Shown here piece after piece: positions 50,419-63,667 of a stretch of 64,000 nt of DNA. Source of the stretch: Trichosphaerium sp. ATCC 40318 (lineage: Eukaryota > Protista > Tubulinea). The position numbers and the translations under genes are program-made. Positions within the stretch are counted from its first letter, which is position 1, and each line of letters opens with the position of its first letter. The notes under the pieces were generated by a model. That model was not told the DNA's origin and did not search any database. It saw only the letters and a program-made list of their open reading frames with translations. Where the stretch lies: the NCBI GenBank assembly GCA_038496445.1, contig JALMLS010000486.1, positions 1 to 64,000 on the forward strand, given 5' to 3'.

Positions 50419-53053
50419 ATGTCAAGAAAATTAGCGTTTCAAAGACCTAAATCTCTTAAACGTGCGTGTTATTGTTAAAAGAGGTGTTAATAGTTATATT
50501 AATGTACTGTTACGTTTAAAATTAATGACGTACAATATAGAAGCTATAAGTAAGGCTACTAAGCGTAAGCCGTTAAACTACTGGTTTAAACGGTCAAATC
50601 AGAGGGCTTTATTCAATAAAATTGCAAGTGAGCTTGATGTTAAGGTATTAGACGACTGGTATAGATTCCACAAGAATGACGTTATCGCTCGTGGTGCTAC
50701 GAACGTTCTAGAGAAGTACGATGGTTCTAATACCATAATTTTTTTTTTCTCTCACTTTGCATGCGCTCAATCTTCCTCTAAAGGTTTCACTATGGATCAT
50801 TCGTTCTGGCAATGCAAACATTATATCCGAAGCACAACTGGGTAGGCAAAAACTTCAGGTACTTGACCCTCTGGAAGAGGTCATTTTGTACTATTTAAAG
50901 AAGATTCCTTGAACTCAATTTTTTTTTTAGAAGTGCACCACAACGATACTGGCAGAATAAGATTCACCAGTACAGTGTTTTAAATGAAATAGCAGAAAAT
51001 CTTACAATAAAAGAACTTGATGATTGGTATAAAGTATCGACAGACAACTTCATTGCAGCGAAAGGATACGGTTTACTCTCCATGCACGTGACTGTTTTTT
51101 TTTCAATGAACTTTTCGAAAAAAATAAAGAACTCTTACGCTCTAGGAGCTCAAGACGTTTTATACGTTTTCTTTATTATTCAATCAATTGTATTTATTTG
51201 GTGTGTAGGTACAATAGTTCTATATCAAGTATTTTAGAATCACATTTTCCTCAACATCATTGGCAAATATGGAAATTTAAAAAAGTACCTCAACATCATT
51301 GGGACAGTAAAGATAACCGTTATAAAACTATAAATGATATAGCTGAGAGGCTTGGGATAAAACATCTTGACCAATGGCATAATTTTAACAACGCTGACAT
51401 TGCCGAAGAAGGAGGGAATAAAATCACAACGAGGTAACCTCCTTTTCTTTTTATTCCGCCATTATAAAATACCGTTGTAGGTACATGACTTCTTTGATGG
51501 GATCTCTACAAGATCTTTTTCCTGAGTTTGAATGGGATGAGAAGCGGTTTAAAAGGTTCGTTGCTTACCGATTTGTAGTATACCAAAGACTACTTTCTCT
51601 GAGCGTGTCATACATTGCAATTGAATTAGGATTGATGCATTGCATTTATCGTTGAAAATGCAAGACCATGATACTGTTTTTTCTCTTTGTTTCCCTTCGT
51701 TCTTTTTCTCACATGTTATCGGATTTAGAGCTCAAGTCGTCAATCGTTTGATTAATCATCACGACATTGATAACCAAAGGGCCAAGTTTGACTATATCGC
51801 TGAGACTCTCGGTGTTAAACATTTGGGTCAATGGCAAGAGATTTCATTTGAAGATATGAGGTCTATGGGTGCTTTACGTGTCCTTAAAAAATATAATGGA
51901 TCTATTGAGAAGGCAGTAAAACGTATATATAGTGGTTTCAAGCATCCAAAGTGGTTTGGTTTTTGGCAAAAAGAGCAACAATTGAAGTTCCTTAAATTTG
52001 TTGCTGGAGCATTAAAAATCAATAATTCTGAGTCTTGGTTAGATCATTCATGTATTGACTTTTATGCCTTCTTACTTCGTTTTAGGTACCGTGTTTCAGC
52101 ACCACAGATATCAGCCTTGGGTGGTATATCTTTCTTACAGTACTTCCCAAACGCCTTGAAGCTTATTGACCCAAAATTTCCATGGGATTTTAAGAAGTTT
52201 GGTACTTCATCAAAGAAGCATCAACTGTAAGTGTTTTTTTTATTTCACGTTTTTTAATTACCACGTGCCCATTGTGACCCTTGTTTTCTACCAAAAAACG
52301 TAGATTGCACTTGTTTGCGATTATTTGAGACTCATCTGTAAAGCGGTTGTTGACATTCTGATGCTTGCCACTTTGTTTTTTTTGTTTATTCAATTTAGTC
52401 AGATGAAAAACTTTGTAGCTTCTCTCTTCCCTGATATTTCTGTTGAAGAAGAGCATTATATAGGTACAAAGGATTCAACGGGCACTATTCTTACAGTGGA
52501 TGTCTTTGTACCTAAACACAATATCGCCTTTGAGTATCAAGGTAACAATTTTGTTTTTTCTATTTAGTTATTGCCTCGTTTAACTTCAAGAAACAGGGGA
52601 ACACCACTTCCATGATAATCCGTTTCCACATGCTTTACCTGTTCTAGCTCACCACGTTAGTGATATTGAAAAGACACATGTGTGTAGTGAACAAGGTACA
52701 GAATTAGTAAAGGAAACGATTTTACATTCCGTTTTTTTTATGTACTTTGTGAGTTCTTGGAATTTTAAAGAAAGTCTAGGTATTACCTTGATTACAGTAC
52801 CTTATTGGTGGCGTGGTGATATAGATACTCTAGCGGCTACCATTAATGATCGTGTCCCTCATTTGAACCTTGCTACAAGTCCTGAAGCTACTCCACTTTC
52901 TCAAGTACCTCCTACATCAGGCAAGCTTTTTTTTTATATTGTTTGCAAGAGTTATTCGTTTGTACTTACTTTATTGTAGAATCACTTGCAATCATGGCTC
53001 CTGTACAAACAATGTTTGCAAGTAACCTTTCAGTACCGAGACAGGCAGTGTAA
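50419..53053 (+). CDS. Trp-rich helical-repeat protein with C-terminal PD-(D/E)XK/RAP-like domain
   Basis: About five repeats W..NQR.F..IA..L.(V/I)K.LD.WY....D....G...L..Y.GS; then LTVDVFVPKHNIAFEYQGEHH...GITLITVPYWW. Confidence 0.78.
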
Positions 53054-53244
53054 ATAAAACCTGAAAGACTGTTGAGCTAAAAAATTTACGAGGTTATTCT
53101 AAATCTTTTGTTTTTTGATGTTATAAACAATCCTTATTGACCAATCTTGAAAATAGTATTAAATGAAATCCAAAAACACGTGAGAATTCTACAGCACTTT
53201 TGTTATTCAACATCCTACGCAGTATATTTAATTATTAGAAGCAA

Positions 53245-54381
53245 ATGGACCCAAAAACAAACAGTGAGACTTGTTTAAAGGATAGTAACGAGTTATCAAG
53301 TAATGTAGAGATATTAGACATTCCAACAGAGGTAATCGCCTATTTACTTGAGTTCCTGGCTATTTCTGAGCGGTTTACGGTTTCTCAAAGCTGTAAGCTT
53401 TTATCAGAGGTAATACACCATCACGTTGGATACGGAGTAATCAAAGTTCGATCGTCTCTTGATTGCTCCCTCCTCTGTGGAAGTCCGCTCTTAAAAAATA
53501 CAGAAATATGGTTCAAGGAGTTCGCTGATGTACAAGACAAAGACTTGACATTTCTATCTGGTGCTAGGAAATTATACTTCTACCATAATGAACGTATAAC
53601 AGACTCAGGAATGAAGTCTATACACGGTGTATGTGACTTGATAATATCAGGTTGTCCAGGTATCACTGACAGAGGAATAATACCACTAGTGAAGCAACTC
53701 AAGTCTATTTATTTGTATAACTCTGGTATAACAAATATGGGCATGAAAGCTCTTGCTGGAATTCCAGATATTAGCTTTCCGTTTTCAGGAGTGACAGATG
53801 AAGTATTGCACGTGTTATCTGGAGTACATACAATCAATTTGTATCGTTGTAGGCTCATTACAGATGCAGGAGTTTCAAGCTTAGCTGGAGTTCATACAAT
53901 AAATTTGAGTGACACGTGTATAACAGATGAAAGCCTTAAAGCGCTAGCTGGTGTTCATACAATACATCTTGCAGGTTGTAATGGTATCACTGGATCATGT
54001 ATGGAGTATCTAGTAGGTGTTCATGAAATTGATCTATCCTGTTGCAAAAATATAAGCAAAGAATGTATGAAGCATCTAGCAGGTGTACATATTATCAATT
54101 TATCATGGACAAGAGCAACAGATGAATGGATTGCTCCTCTTTCTGGTGTTTATCAAATTAGTCTATCAGCATGTGGTGGTATCACTGTATCATCTATGAA
54201 ATATCTTTCGAGTATTCGTATCATTAGTATATTATATGTACATGTAACAGATAAGTGGCTTTATTCACTTCCCACGTGTGTAAAGAAAATAGACATTGGT
54301 GATGCTAAGTCTGTTTCGGAGAGATGCAGAAAAGATCTCAAAGCGAGAGGTGTTACAATAAAGGAATACATAGATGACTGA
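53245..54381 (+). CDS. F-box/LRR protein, intronless (378 aa)
   Basis: ILDIPTEVIAYLLEFL F-box; ~22-aa repeats L.GVHTINL..C..ITD. Confidence 0.9.
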   Translation: MDPKTNSETCLKDSNELSSNVEILDIPTEVIAYLLEFLAISERFTVSQSCKLLSEVIHHHVGYGVIKVRSSLDCSLLCGSPLLKNTEIWFKEFADVQDKDLTFLSGARKLYFYHNERITDSGMKSIHGVCDLIISGCPGITDRGIIPLVKQLKSIYLYNSGITNMGMKALAGIPDISFPFSGVTDEVLHVLSGVHTINLYRCRLITDAGVSSLAGVHTINLSDTCITDESLKALAGVHTIHLAGCNGITGSCMEYLVGVHEIDLSCCKNISKECMKHLAGVHIINLSWTRATDEWIAPLSGVYQISLSACGGITVSSMKYLSSIRIISILYVHVTDKWLYSLPTCVKKIDIGDAKSVSERCRKDLKARGVTIKEYIDD

Positions 54382-55594
54382 ACATGAGGTATTTCAGGTA
54401 TTTGAACAGAGATGACCAACCAACCAGACATCCATCAACAGACAACACCCAGTCTGCCCAGCGGAAACTATGCCTTCTTTTTTTGTTTCAAAATCTTTAT
54501 TTTCTTTACACTCGATCATTATGTAAATAAACCATTCACCCTTGCTTTGTGCTTGAGCTATCAGGGACAGATATGTTCCTTTCCTTCAAGACTGTCTTTG
54601 TTGCTTATTGGGCAAATGACTTGTCTAGATATATTTATTCATCCCTCATGTCGTATAACTTAGCTAAGGTTATAAGACGAGTTGTTACAGGCACGTGGTA
54701 TGGAGAATTCTGGTTTTATTAACTTTATTACATATACGACACATAAATCAAAATTCAATGTAAATGTAGCTTCGCTGCTTGTTACAACAAGTCTAACGAG
54801 TAATCTCATCTTATTCCATCATCTGGAAATTTCACAAAGTTTTAGCCACAATTTAATTCTTTGGAGGTTTATTCACGTTAAATACCTCTTTTCTTCCCAA
54901 TACTAATAGAGATGCATAGTAGATGTGCCCCAACATCCCCACCGTGGCATTCCCGGTATTATACTTCGATGACGATTCAACTGAATACATCGGGATGCCA
55001 ATGTAATTGTTTATACTTCGAACGACTGTCTCTGACACAATTACATTCATGCGTTGGGGAACCATACTTCGTTGCTCAGGCAACGAAGGAGCAAGTGCTT
55101 CTTCGTAATTTAGGCACTCTGTATGGTGCAAAAGCACCATCAGAGTCCATCATACCATGGGGCACGCTACGCTACCACCTCTTTTTTTTTCCATTGTCTT
55201 TCTTGCTATTATGATAAATAACAAGGATATTAAAACATGGGTATGGTGGGTCACAATTACATTAGTAAAGTGTAGATGATATTGCCATGCGAGGGCAATA
55301 ATGGACTTACAAAAAGGTAGCCTTGCAGATTTTTTTTCATGTTCTTTTTTATAAATACAGTTCCAAGAAAAACAGTTCTTCAAGAGCGCTAACTAGCTTG
55401 CTTGTTACTTCCTCAACTATAGTGTTTTCAATTGTAAGAGATTATAGAAGGTTATTGGTATTATTCAGTTCTACAAGCGTTTGGTACCACACCACAGGAA
55501 ACTTCACAATTGTGTTTCAATTTTATTTGAAAGCACATGCTGACTTGTTCTCTTTACGATGTCAAAAAGGAGCATTTATTTATCAGCCAGTTAA

Positions 55595-57946
55595 TTAAAC
55601 AAATGTTACTTTGTTATGCTTACGACATGCCATGATACTTGGTATAAGTAATGCAAAGAAGATAAACATCAAACCAAGTACGCCAGCAATAGTAGTCTGC
55701 AAAACAAAATATATTAGTTTTTTGAGAAAAAAACCCCATCTCTTCGATGGTCATTACTTTGTACGTACCCAATGTTTTGTTACATAAGACGTATAACCTT
55801 CTTCTTTATTGTGATTTGGATCATAACCGACGGCAATCAATTGAGCTAGCAAGTCGTCATGAACAAAAATCCAAAGAAACATGGAATGTATTCAAATAAT
55901 CTTTAAGTTGGGTTTCATTTCAACATACCTGAAGAGTCGCTAGCGACGATGATACAGTCTCCATAAACACACTTTGTAATACCAATACCAACAAATCTAT
56001 GAGGCCATTTGATACGCTCTGGGTCTAAAGTAATCCGAAGAATTAATAATTTTTTGTAACTTATTCGAAAAGTATCATGCCTCTTGCTCCAGGACCCTCG
56101 TATTGGAGGAAAGGATGACGTTCCTTTGGGTATTCGTTCTCAATATCCAAATATTCTACTCTAAACCCATCTGCAGGATTCCTATTCCATGAACCTCTGA
56201 ATGACACAAAAGCACCTGAAAGCAAACAAATGAGAATACACTTTTTTTTCTTTTTGGGTCGTACCGCTTTTATAAAATTCAGGGAAAGATAGATCCGATT
56301 TAGATCCTGAGAAGATAATGTCCATTGGTGCTGTATGTGCAGGGAAGCTAAAAAGCGAGTTAGATTTAAACTTACATAAAGTTGAAGTACTTGAAAGCAG
56401 GAGGTACGTTGTTTCCAGTGTTACGACACCAAGCATCACTAAATTATGATAAGAATAAATGTATGCGATTATACTGATTGTATAATGCTCAAAAAGTTTC
56501 TTTAATCGACTACTGCATCACCAGAAATTCTCAATAAAAGAAGTGTATTTTTTTGAAATAACAATTGAGAGAAGTTTCACGTGCGTGTAAGGTGCTCCAA
56601 AGTCCGATTCAACCCATTGAGTACCAACAGGTGCCGACGTATATTGAATATCCAAAAGGTACTGAGACCAGCAATAAGGGTAACCATAGAACTTTCCAGG
56701 TTCGCCAAGAATGTTCACTTTAAAAAAAATCGAGTAAGTTGTTGATCAAATAATGTATTATTGAGTGTTCGTACCTTCCTCTGATGGATTGTCTTGATGA
56801 ATATCACCTAAAATTCGCATTAGATTGGAACTATGTGATGACTTCTGATGAAGACAAGTGCTGGCATACCTCCTAGATCGGCGCGGTATAGGTTATCCAT
56901 TCCGTTTTCAACACCCCAAATAACATCCCATGGTGTTTTTCTCAATGCAATTTCGTTTCTCAATCCATCGGCATATACGTAACCTTGTTCAAACAAAACA
57001 AAGTAAGTTATCATATCTTTTTACTTGTATCTTTTTGTACCTGAGTCCCAGGATACAGGGAATGTAGAGCTTAGTTCAAAACGGACAACACGTGATCTGA
57101 TTGAAGTTGGGTCGATATTACCTGCTGATCCACAACTAGAAAGAAATCTTAGGCTCTTTCTTTTTCTTTTCCACTTGAACGTACCTGACATATATTCTAT
57201 CATCGTTATCAAATTCCAAAGTCCTTGTATAGTGATTACCACGGCTAGGCATACCAGTAATGATTGTCTGAGCCTGACCAAGATCTTCTCTTTGACCTGT
57301 AATGTAACGCCAGCTATTTTTGTTTAATCATGTGACAAGATGTGCTTATTGTTGTCTTACCGATATACTGTAGTATCGGAAGATGCGTATAAGAATCCCT
57401 TATGTATGTTAATACCATGATTAATGGATGGGGCACCAGCAAGCTTCGCTTTGAGGCGTTGACCATTTTCTTCCCAAATAACAGTCACCTTAAAAGTCAA
57501 TTAGCTTTTCCATTCCTATCGGTTACCAAGTAATGATAAGTATGCTTACTTCTTGTTTACCACGTTCTACTACAAGTACATCACCATTATCTGCTACAAC
57601 AAGTCCACGAGGAGAACTCAAACCTTAACTTTGTTTAGCAAAAAAAGTTTTTGATTTTTTGATTTTGAAGATACGAATACGTTATTTCACGTGATCGCTT
57701 TTTTCTGGTTGATAGACAACAATGATTGTGTTATTAATGGTACCTTCTTCCCAAACAAATGGACAGAAACCTTCCGGTACAGAAGCGTATGGTAGCTCTT
57801 TTTCAGAAGTAACGCATGCTAATAAGTGCGGTTAATTAAAACTGACTGTTATGGCCAAAACACACGTGACATTACTTTGGTATACCTGAACGTGTGCCAA
57901 TTATGAAAGCGAATAATAATATAATACTTACAAAACCAAACCTCAT
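55595..57946 (-). CDS. PQQ-dependent glucose/sorbosone dehydrogenase-like beta-propeller with signal peptide and C-terminal TM
   Basis: Spliced VPEGFC...PRGL...NHGI...SCGSAGNID...ADGLRNE...WGVENG.D...HQDNPSEE...YGYPYCW...PAHTAP...FRGSW...RPH..VG. Confidence 0.88.
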
Positions 57947-58279
57947 AGTTACGATGTGAAAAGGTTTCAGAAAAGTAAACTATAAGTCATTGTTAAGTTA
58001 GCTTAATTTCAACTCGCTGTGAAGGTAATACTCACGGCAATTTGGTAGTGGCATTTTTCGCCATAAACCAGAATAGACTGGACATATCAAGTAAAACTAC
58101 AAGTTATATTGTGACAGCTCCAGTGAACTAAAAAAGGCGAGTTTTCTTACCACATAAATAAACCGGCCTCAACAAAGCAGCTATCAAATAAAGGAACATT
58201 AGATCTCTAAAAATACGGGTTTTATTTTCTTTTTTTCTCCCTTCTCTTTTCTACTCTCGCTACCAAAAAAAATTGATGT

Positions 58280-59640
58280 CTACCGGAATAGATCATCTAT
58301 ATCCCAGTTCTTAAACTCTAAAAACTCAAAGGATAAAACCTTTCTACCGCTAATACAGAACGCTGATGGGACAGGCAAGTTCGTAGAAACAGTTGAAGCA
58401 GATGCGAGTTGTGCAAGAATAGCCTTGCTTTTCTCATCTTGTTCCCTTATCATGGCTTCTAGAGTGTCTAAGACATCCTCTGGTTCTAGTGTCTCATCTT
58501 TTTGGACACATGGTAGATTCATTACATCAGCGACTTCACGAGGAAGTACTGTAGGTTTTTCAAACCGAGGGAGGGGATCCTTCATGTTTAGAGCTACATC
58601 TGATGTCGACTTTACAGGTGCATCTAAAAGTTGCTTCCTCTTTTTCTTAAACGAAATACGCCTCTAAAACAGGCGACAAGTTAGTGTAGTAAAAAAAAAC
58701 CAAAAAATTTTCAATGAGTTTTTCTGAAATGCGAAAACGTGTTGTTCGACGTACAGGTGATGAAGATGCAGATCCAGAACGACGAGTCATATCACCCCTT
58801 GATTTTGACTTACGCATCTTACGCTGGTTCATTGGGTGACTAAAATTGTTACTCTTGCTTCTTGTGTGACGACGAGATTTTTTCTTCTTTTTCTCTACTT
58901 TATATGGTTCTTTGAATGATGAACTCAAAAACCCTCTTGTAACAGGTAGACTCTTCCCTCTTGAGTCTTGAAGTTTCTCTTTAAGCCTCTTTATCCTCTT
59001 CATTATAACACGTGCGTTTACAACGCTCTGTGCTTCTTTTAACTTGAAAGTGACATGAACCATTTCACCAACTAGAGTGACATGTATAACAGCAGGAAAA
59101 GAAAGGCTTGCAGGAAGAGGGTCTTCGCTGAATGTCAACGAAGATACATACTCTGCAAGTAACTCTAAAAGCCAACACATCAGTACGAGCAAAGAGGACA
59201 AAAATAAAAGGTTGTGATGAGGGTGAAGAAATAAAAAAAAACCAAACAAATGGTGTTTTTTCCAAAAACGTAAAGCAATGCGCACGTGGATGTCCCAAGG
59301 GTTTAAAAATCGCGTGCTCAACGCGTAAGTTTGTAGAATCAGGTGAGTCTACTGTGAGCATGCCTCCATCACATGCAGTATCAAGGTTTATCTAGTTTAG
59401 CGTCAGGAAAGCGTGCAAGGGAGATATTAAACGTTTTTGACAAATTTTGGTGATTTTGCACAGCCGATAAATGCGTACGTCGTAAAATGTAATGGACACG
59501 CCTCGCTCTAGTAGCCTGTCACCCGTTTTAAATTGTTTTATTGGTTTTGGTATGAGAGATGAGCGTCGTGATCTACTCTTGTTTGATCTGCTACTAGATG
59601 AAGATTTTTGGGATCTGGAGTGCTTTCGTGAGCGGGACAT
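58280..59640 (-). CDS. Hypothetical Ser/Arg/Lys-rich protein (multi-exon)
   Basis: Colinear minus-strand ORFs (59392-59640, 59065-59361, 58647-59321, 58280-58585) with splice-like junctions; no domain recognised. Confidence 0.6.
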
Positions 59641-60319
59641 CTAGTTGAAGTTGAAAGTTAGAATAAAAATGCGGTACGAATAGGAAATCACTTCAAGAGA
59701 GTTTTATATACATAAAGGCGCGAGGTTAAGCAAGTTATATGATTTTCGTCTTTTACCGCGCAGGGGAAAAGTTAATGATAGTCTAAAACTTCACTAACCA
59801 CCGTATTGGCCTCGTATTTAGTGCGTATAGTAAAAATTGTAAATTAGGGTACAACGCACCTTTGAATCTTTGACTACTCCGCTTAAAAATTGCCTAAAAG
59901 ATGGCTTGCGTACGCTGTTGCCTGGTTTCCCGGTATACAACTCCGCTTAGTCCAGTTGAGTCAATTTAAATTTGTTAGCCTGAGTTCCACCAAATTAAGG
60001 CTCACTGTATGGTCCAAACAATGTTTTAGCAATAACCATTACTGCTGCATCCCAAAAACGGAAACCACGCAATAAAGCTAATCATTGATTGTTTATTCTG
60101 CGCTAAAAAATACGTACAACTGCCTAAAGTTCATATAAGACGCAATATTTATTGTACTAAACGATGCAACATGTCACTACCCACGTTTTTAGGCACTCTT
60201 TACGCGTAGCACGTAAGATGTTTACTAGCAGGTCATTACATACTGAAACCGGTTTCATTCTCGTTCACTTAAAGTGGGTAGCATACAAGTCTTAAAAGTT
60301 ATTCTACAATTGTTTGAAA

Positions 60320-61821
60320 ATGAGGAACACGCTTCATGTACTCAATAGCATCACTAGTAATAGCACTGCTCCATCAAAACCTTATGTATCAGACGATAAC
60401 TTATTTTACCTGTATACAGCATCTTCTAGCTTATCTCTTATAGCTAGCACCGTAATGGTAAGTGTAACAACAAAAAAACAATCACGTGATATACAATGAA
60501 CCCACATCAACAAAAACTAATATCTCTACCAGCTTATGAACATTATATTAAAAAGAAAGGTACAGACGCGACCTCAGCGTCTTGTACTTCAAGTTTTCAT
60601 AATAGACTATCTCATTGGATGTACAGACTTACTATCAGCCTATACGTACTGGCGCGAAGAAGACGGTACAAAAAAGAGACAACAAGAAAGTAATTCTTCT
60701 TATTTAAATTCTTTTTAGCTTTCTGCCACGTGCACGCTTACTTGGTGAATGCTAGTGAGCTTCTTCAACCTTTCATATCTGTGGTTATAGCCATAAACGT
60801 TTATTTCTTTTTGGTTAAGAAGAGGTACGCTTGGTACATACCTGTACCGGTCTTTTAAGGTGTTTTTGTAACTGTGTCCCACAGTCGCACGTCCCGATTT
60901 TCAGAACTATGTTTCGCCTTAGCAATCATACTGTTGGCTTTGTTCTTGAGTGCTTTACCATTTTTTGGTAATACGTATGGCAAGGATTATCCGTAAGTAG
61001 TTTACTGCTTTAACTTTGTTTTACCCACAAAGTACACTTTAGGTATTGTTGGATTAAACAGGATTCGGGCAACATTGGCATTGTGCACGTGATTTTTATT
61101 TCGCGGTGATGTAGCTCATATTGTTTTTGTTTAGTTGGGATTTGACAGCTTTCGTGATACCTCTCATTCTATCTTTTCTTATAATTGTCTTTTTGAACTT
61201 GCATGGCGTGTGCCACTTGCACCTCCGTACAAAGGTACTAAAAAAATCCTTTTTGGAGTAGTAAACACTCTTGTCTTGAGCTGAAGAATTTTGGTTTTTT
61301 AGGAGATGAGGTCAATGCACCATGTACGACAAATGAAGTCTTTGGCTTTCTTTAGACTTGTGGGATACCCTTTCATTATGATGTTGGTTTGGACCGGTAC
61401 ACTAGTGAGATATATAGGATATGACATGAGGGATGTAACTCCTGTACGTTTTGTTACTGTTAAATCTATTCTAATCATGTTTTTTAAGCCTTCTGGTTTG
61501 CTTATTTACATCTTTTGTACACGTCCACTTGTTGGTTTTTTCGATGCCTTATTTTATAGTGTCAGCCAACGGTTTGTTGTTCTCGGAGCTTGTTCTTGGT
61601 GTTGTACGCGTGTTTTCCCTTTTTTTTTTTGAAATGTTCTATTGTACAGTATAAGCGTTAACTCCTCTTTTTCTTTAGTCAATGAGCGAAAGCGTTCACG
61701 AAACAGCTCGTATTACGATGGTTTTTCAACTGGTGGGCGTTTAACCTTTACACAAGATGAAGATCCTTTGATTAGTCCTACTGGCCAAGCTCAAGCTCAC
61801 GCCAACAAAACGGTTAACTAA
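60320..61821 (+). CDS. 7-TM receptor, cAMP receptor-like (Dicty CAR/Crl-type)
   Basis: Spliced SSSLSLIAS (TM1), FCHVHAYL, IAINVY, YG...YCWIK, RLVGYPFIMMLVW, GFFDALFY. Confidence 0.83.
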
Positions 61822-62270
61822 AAAAAATCAGAGAGTTTGCGTAGACTACACGTACGTAAACAGTTGCATCCAATTTTACTTTCTTCCTGATCTTCTTTTT
61901 TTCCGTTCTTCAATCTACAAAATTCATCTTTGTGCCAATACCAATTCTTATCTAGCATGTCTCGCTCTTTTTATGTACATAGCAGCCTTTTTGTACAAAA
62001 ATTATGGCGCCATCTTGGATTACGCGTGTCTAACCTGCCAATACACGCGCCGGTCCATTGGGCAATCTAAATAAATGTTAGAGGATGCGGGATTTGTGAA
62101 TCCTTTAAGAATCTTTCTTTTTGCCTGTGACACTTGCACTAACAAGTGATCGCGATAAATCACATCTCAAATCACTGAGGTTTGACACGCACTACAAAGT
62201 TATTTTTGCCTTTCTGATAATAGCTCGTTAAGTGCATTCTTGCTTACCGTGTCACTATCCTTTTAAGCGT

Positions 62271-63667
62271 ATGGCCCAGTCACGCCGCTCATTAGGAGAC
62301 GAAGATAGCTATTGGTCCATTTCGGAAAGCGAAGATGAGGTAAAAGAAAAAAAAGCAATAAAAGACGTCAAGAAGGCTACAACACGCGTAACCACAAAGG
62401 AAACAAGAGTAAAGGTCACCAAAAAAACAAAAAAACAAAAACAAGAGCGAGTACGCTCAACTAATACCATGGTGATATTTACCGCATGTGTAGCTCCCAA
62501 TATTAGCTGTTCACACTCCCAAAGACGTTACAGTTAAATTAAACGTTGGCGGCCGAAAATATCAAACAAAAACCTCAACACTAACCATGGTACGCCTCTC
62601 AACGCGTTTTCGCGTATCTAAGCTATTTTAGTACCCAAACTCGCTCTTAGCGCGAATGTTTTGCAATGAAAATCTGGCAAGCATTACACAGCCCAACAGT
62701 GACGGAGAATACTTTATTGACAGGTACAATAACGTTGACAGCCGAAAAAACAAACCGATAACGAAAAAATATTACAACCAAATCACAAGCACTTCAAATA
62801 GCTTACGTTCGTTTGACAAGCCAATTTTTACAAAAAAACAACTAATGTGCACTCAGAAACGGTCGTTATTTCGAGTACATATTGGACTTCTACCGGATAG
62901 GCAAGATGATAGGTACGCAGTCACATCACTGTTGTTTTATATGCATCTGAACTAAAATTGATGAAATTAAAAACAGTCGGTTGTAGTTTGTTAACAAACA
63001 TTTTTTAGTACCAACGACAGTACCTACAGAGGCTCTACAAGAGGAAATTGACTTTTTTCAGTTACCCATCTCCGTTGATGAGTTGCAGAGCTACCCACGA
63101 GGTTAGATTGCTTTAAAGTAAGCTTTTACTCTTAGTCTAATACATTGATAGGTGTCAGGTATTCTAAAATGGCATTCAGGAAGGTGAGCTAGGATGACAG
63201 AATGTAATGTTGGTATAACGAGTTAATTAGGCTTGTGAGCTATGTGGGGAGAAGTTTAAAGGTTTAGTAGAGGTAATACGAGCATGTACGTTTAATGCAG
63301 CAAAGAATGGATGCTTTCAATGTAAGATTGATTTTATGAAATCCCACGCTTACAAGCGAGCTGTGGCAGGTACGTAGCTCATTTAACAGCCTCGAAAATA
63401 AGCTCGGCTACGCGTGATAGTAAACTTTGCTTAGGCCAACAGCACGGTGGAGGCATTTGGCAAGCTAATGTTATTGATTTATGGGCAGTGGAATTCCTTC
63501 AAGACGATCAAAACCAGCGTATACTTAAACGATATCTAGAAAGAGATGGATATGACTTTATTCTACAACAACCTGTTCTAGCGTTGTTCTCTTTGAGTAT
63601 ATTATTTTTTGGCGAGCGAGAAGTAAAAAGGACCGTTGTAAAGGGTCCAAAGAAGGGTGTAAATTGA
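62271..63667 (+). CDS. KCTD-like BTB/POZ protein with Lys-rich N-terminus (3' exons approximate)
   Basis: IKLNVGGRKYQT...YPNSLLARMF...DGEYFIDR/NGRYFEYILDFYRIG...EEIDFFQL. Confidence 0.88.

Noticed and set aside
57880-57900. Apparent GC donor in dehydrogenase exon 1
   Set aside because: A canonical GTATAC donor just downstream restores the frame.
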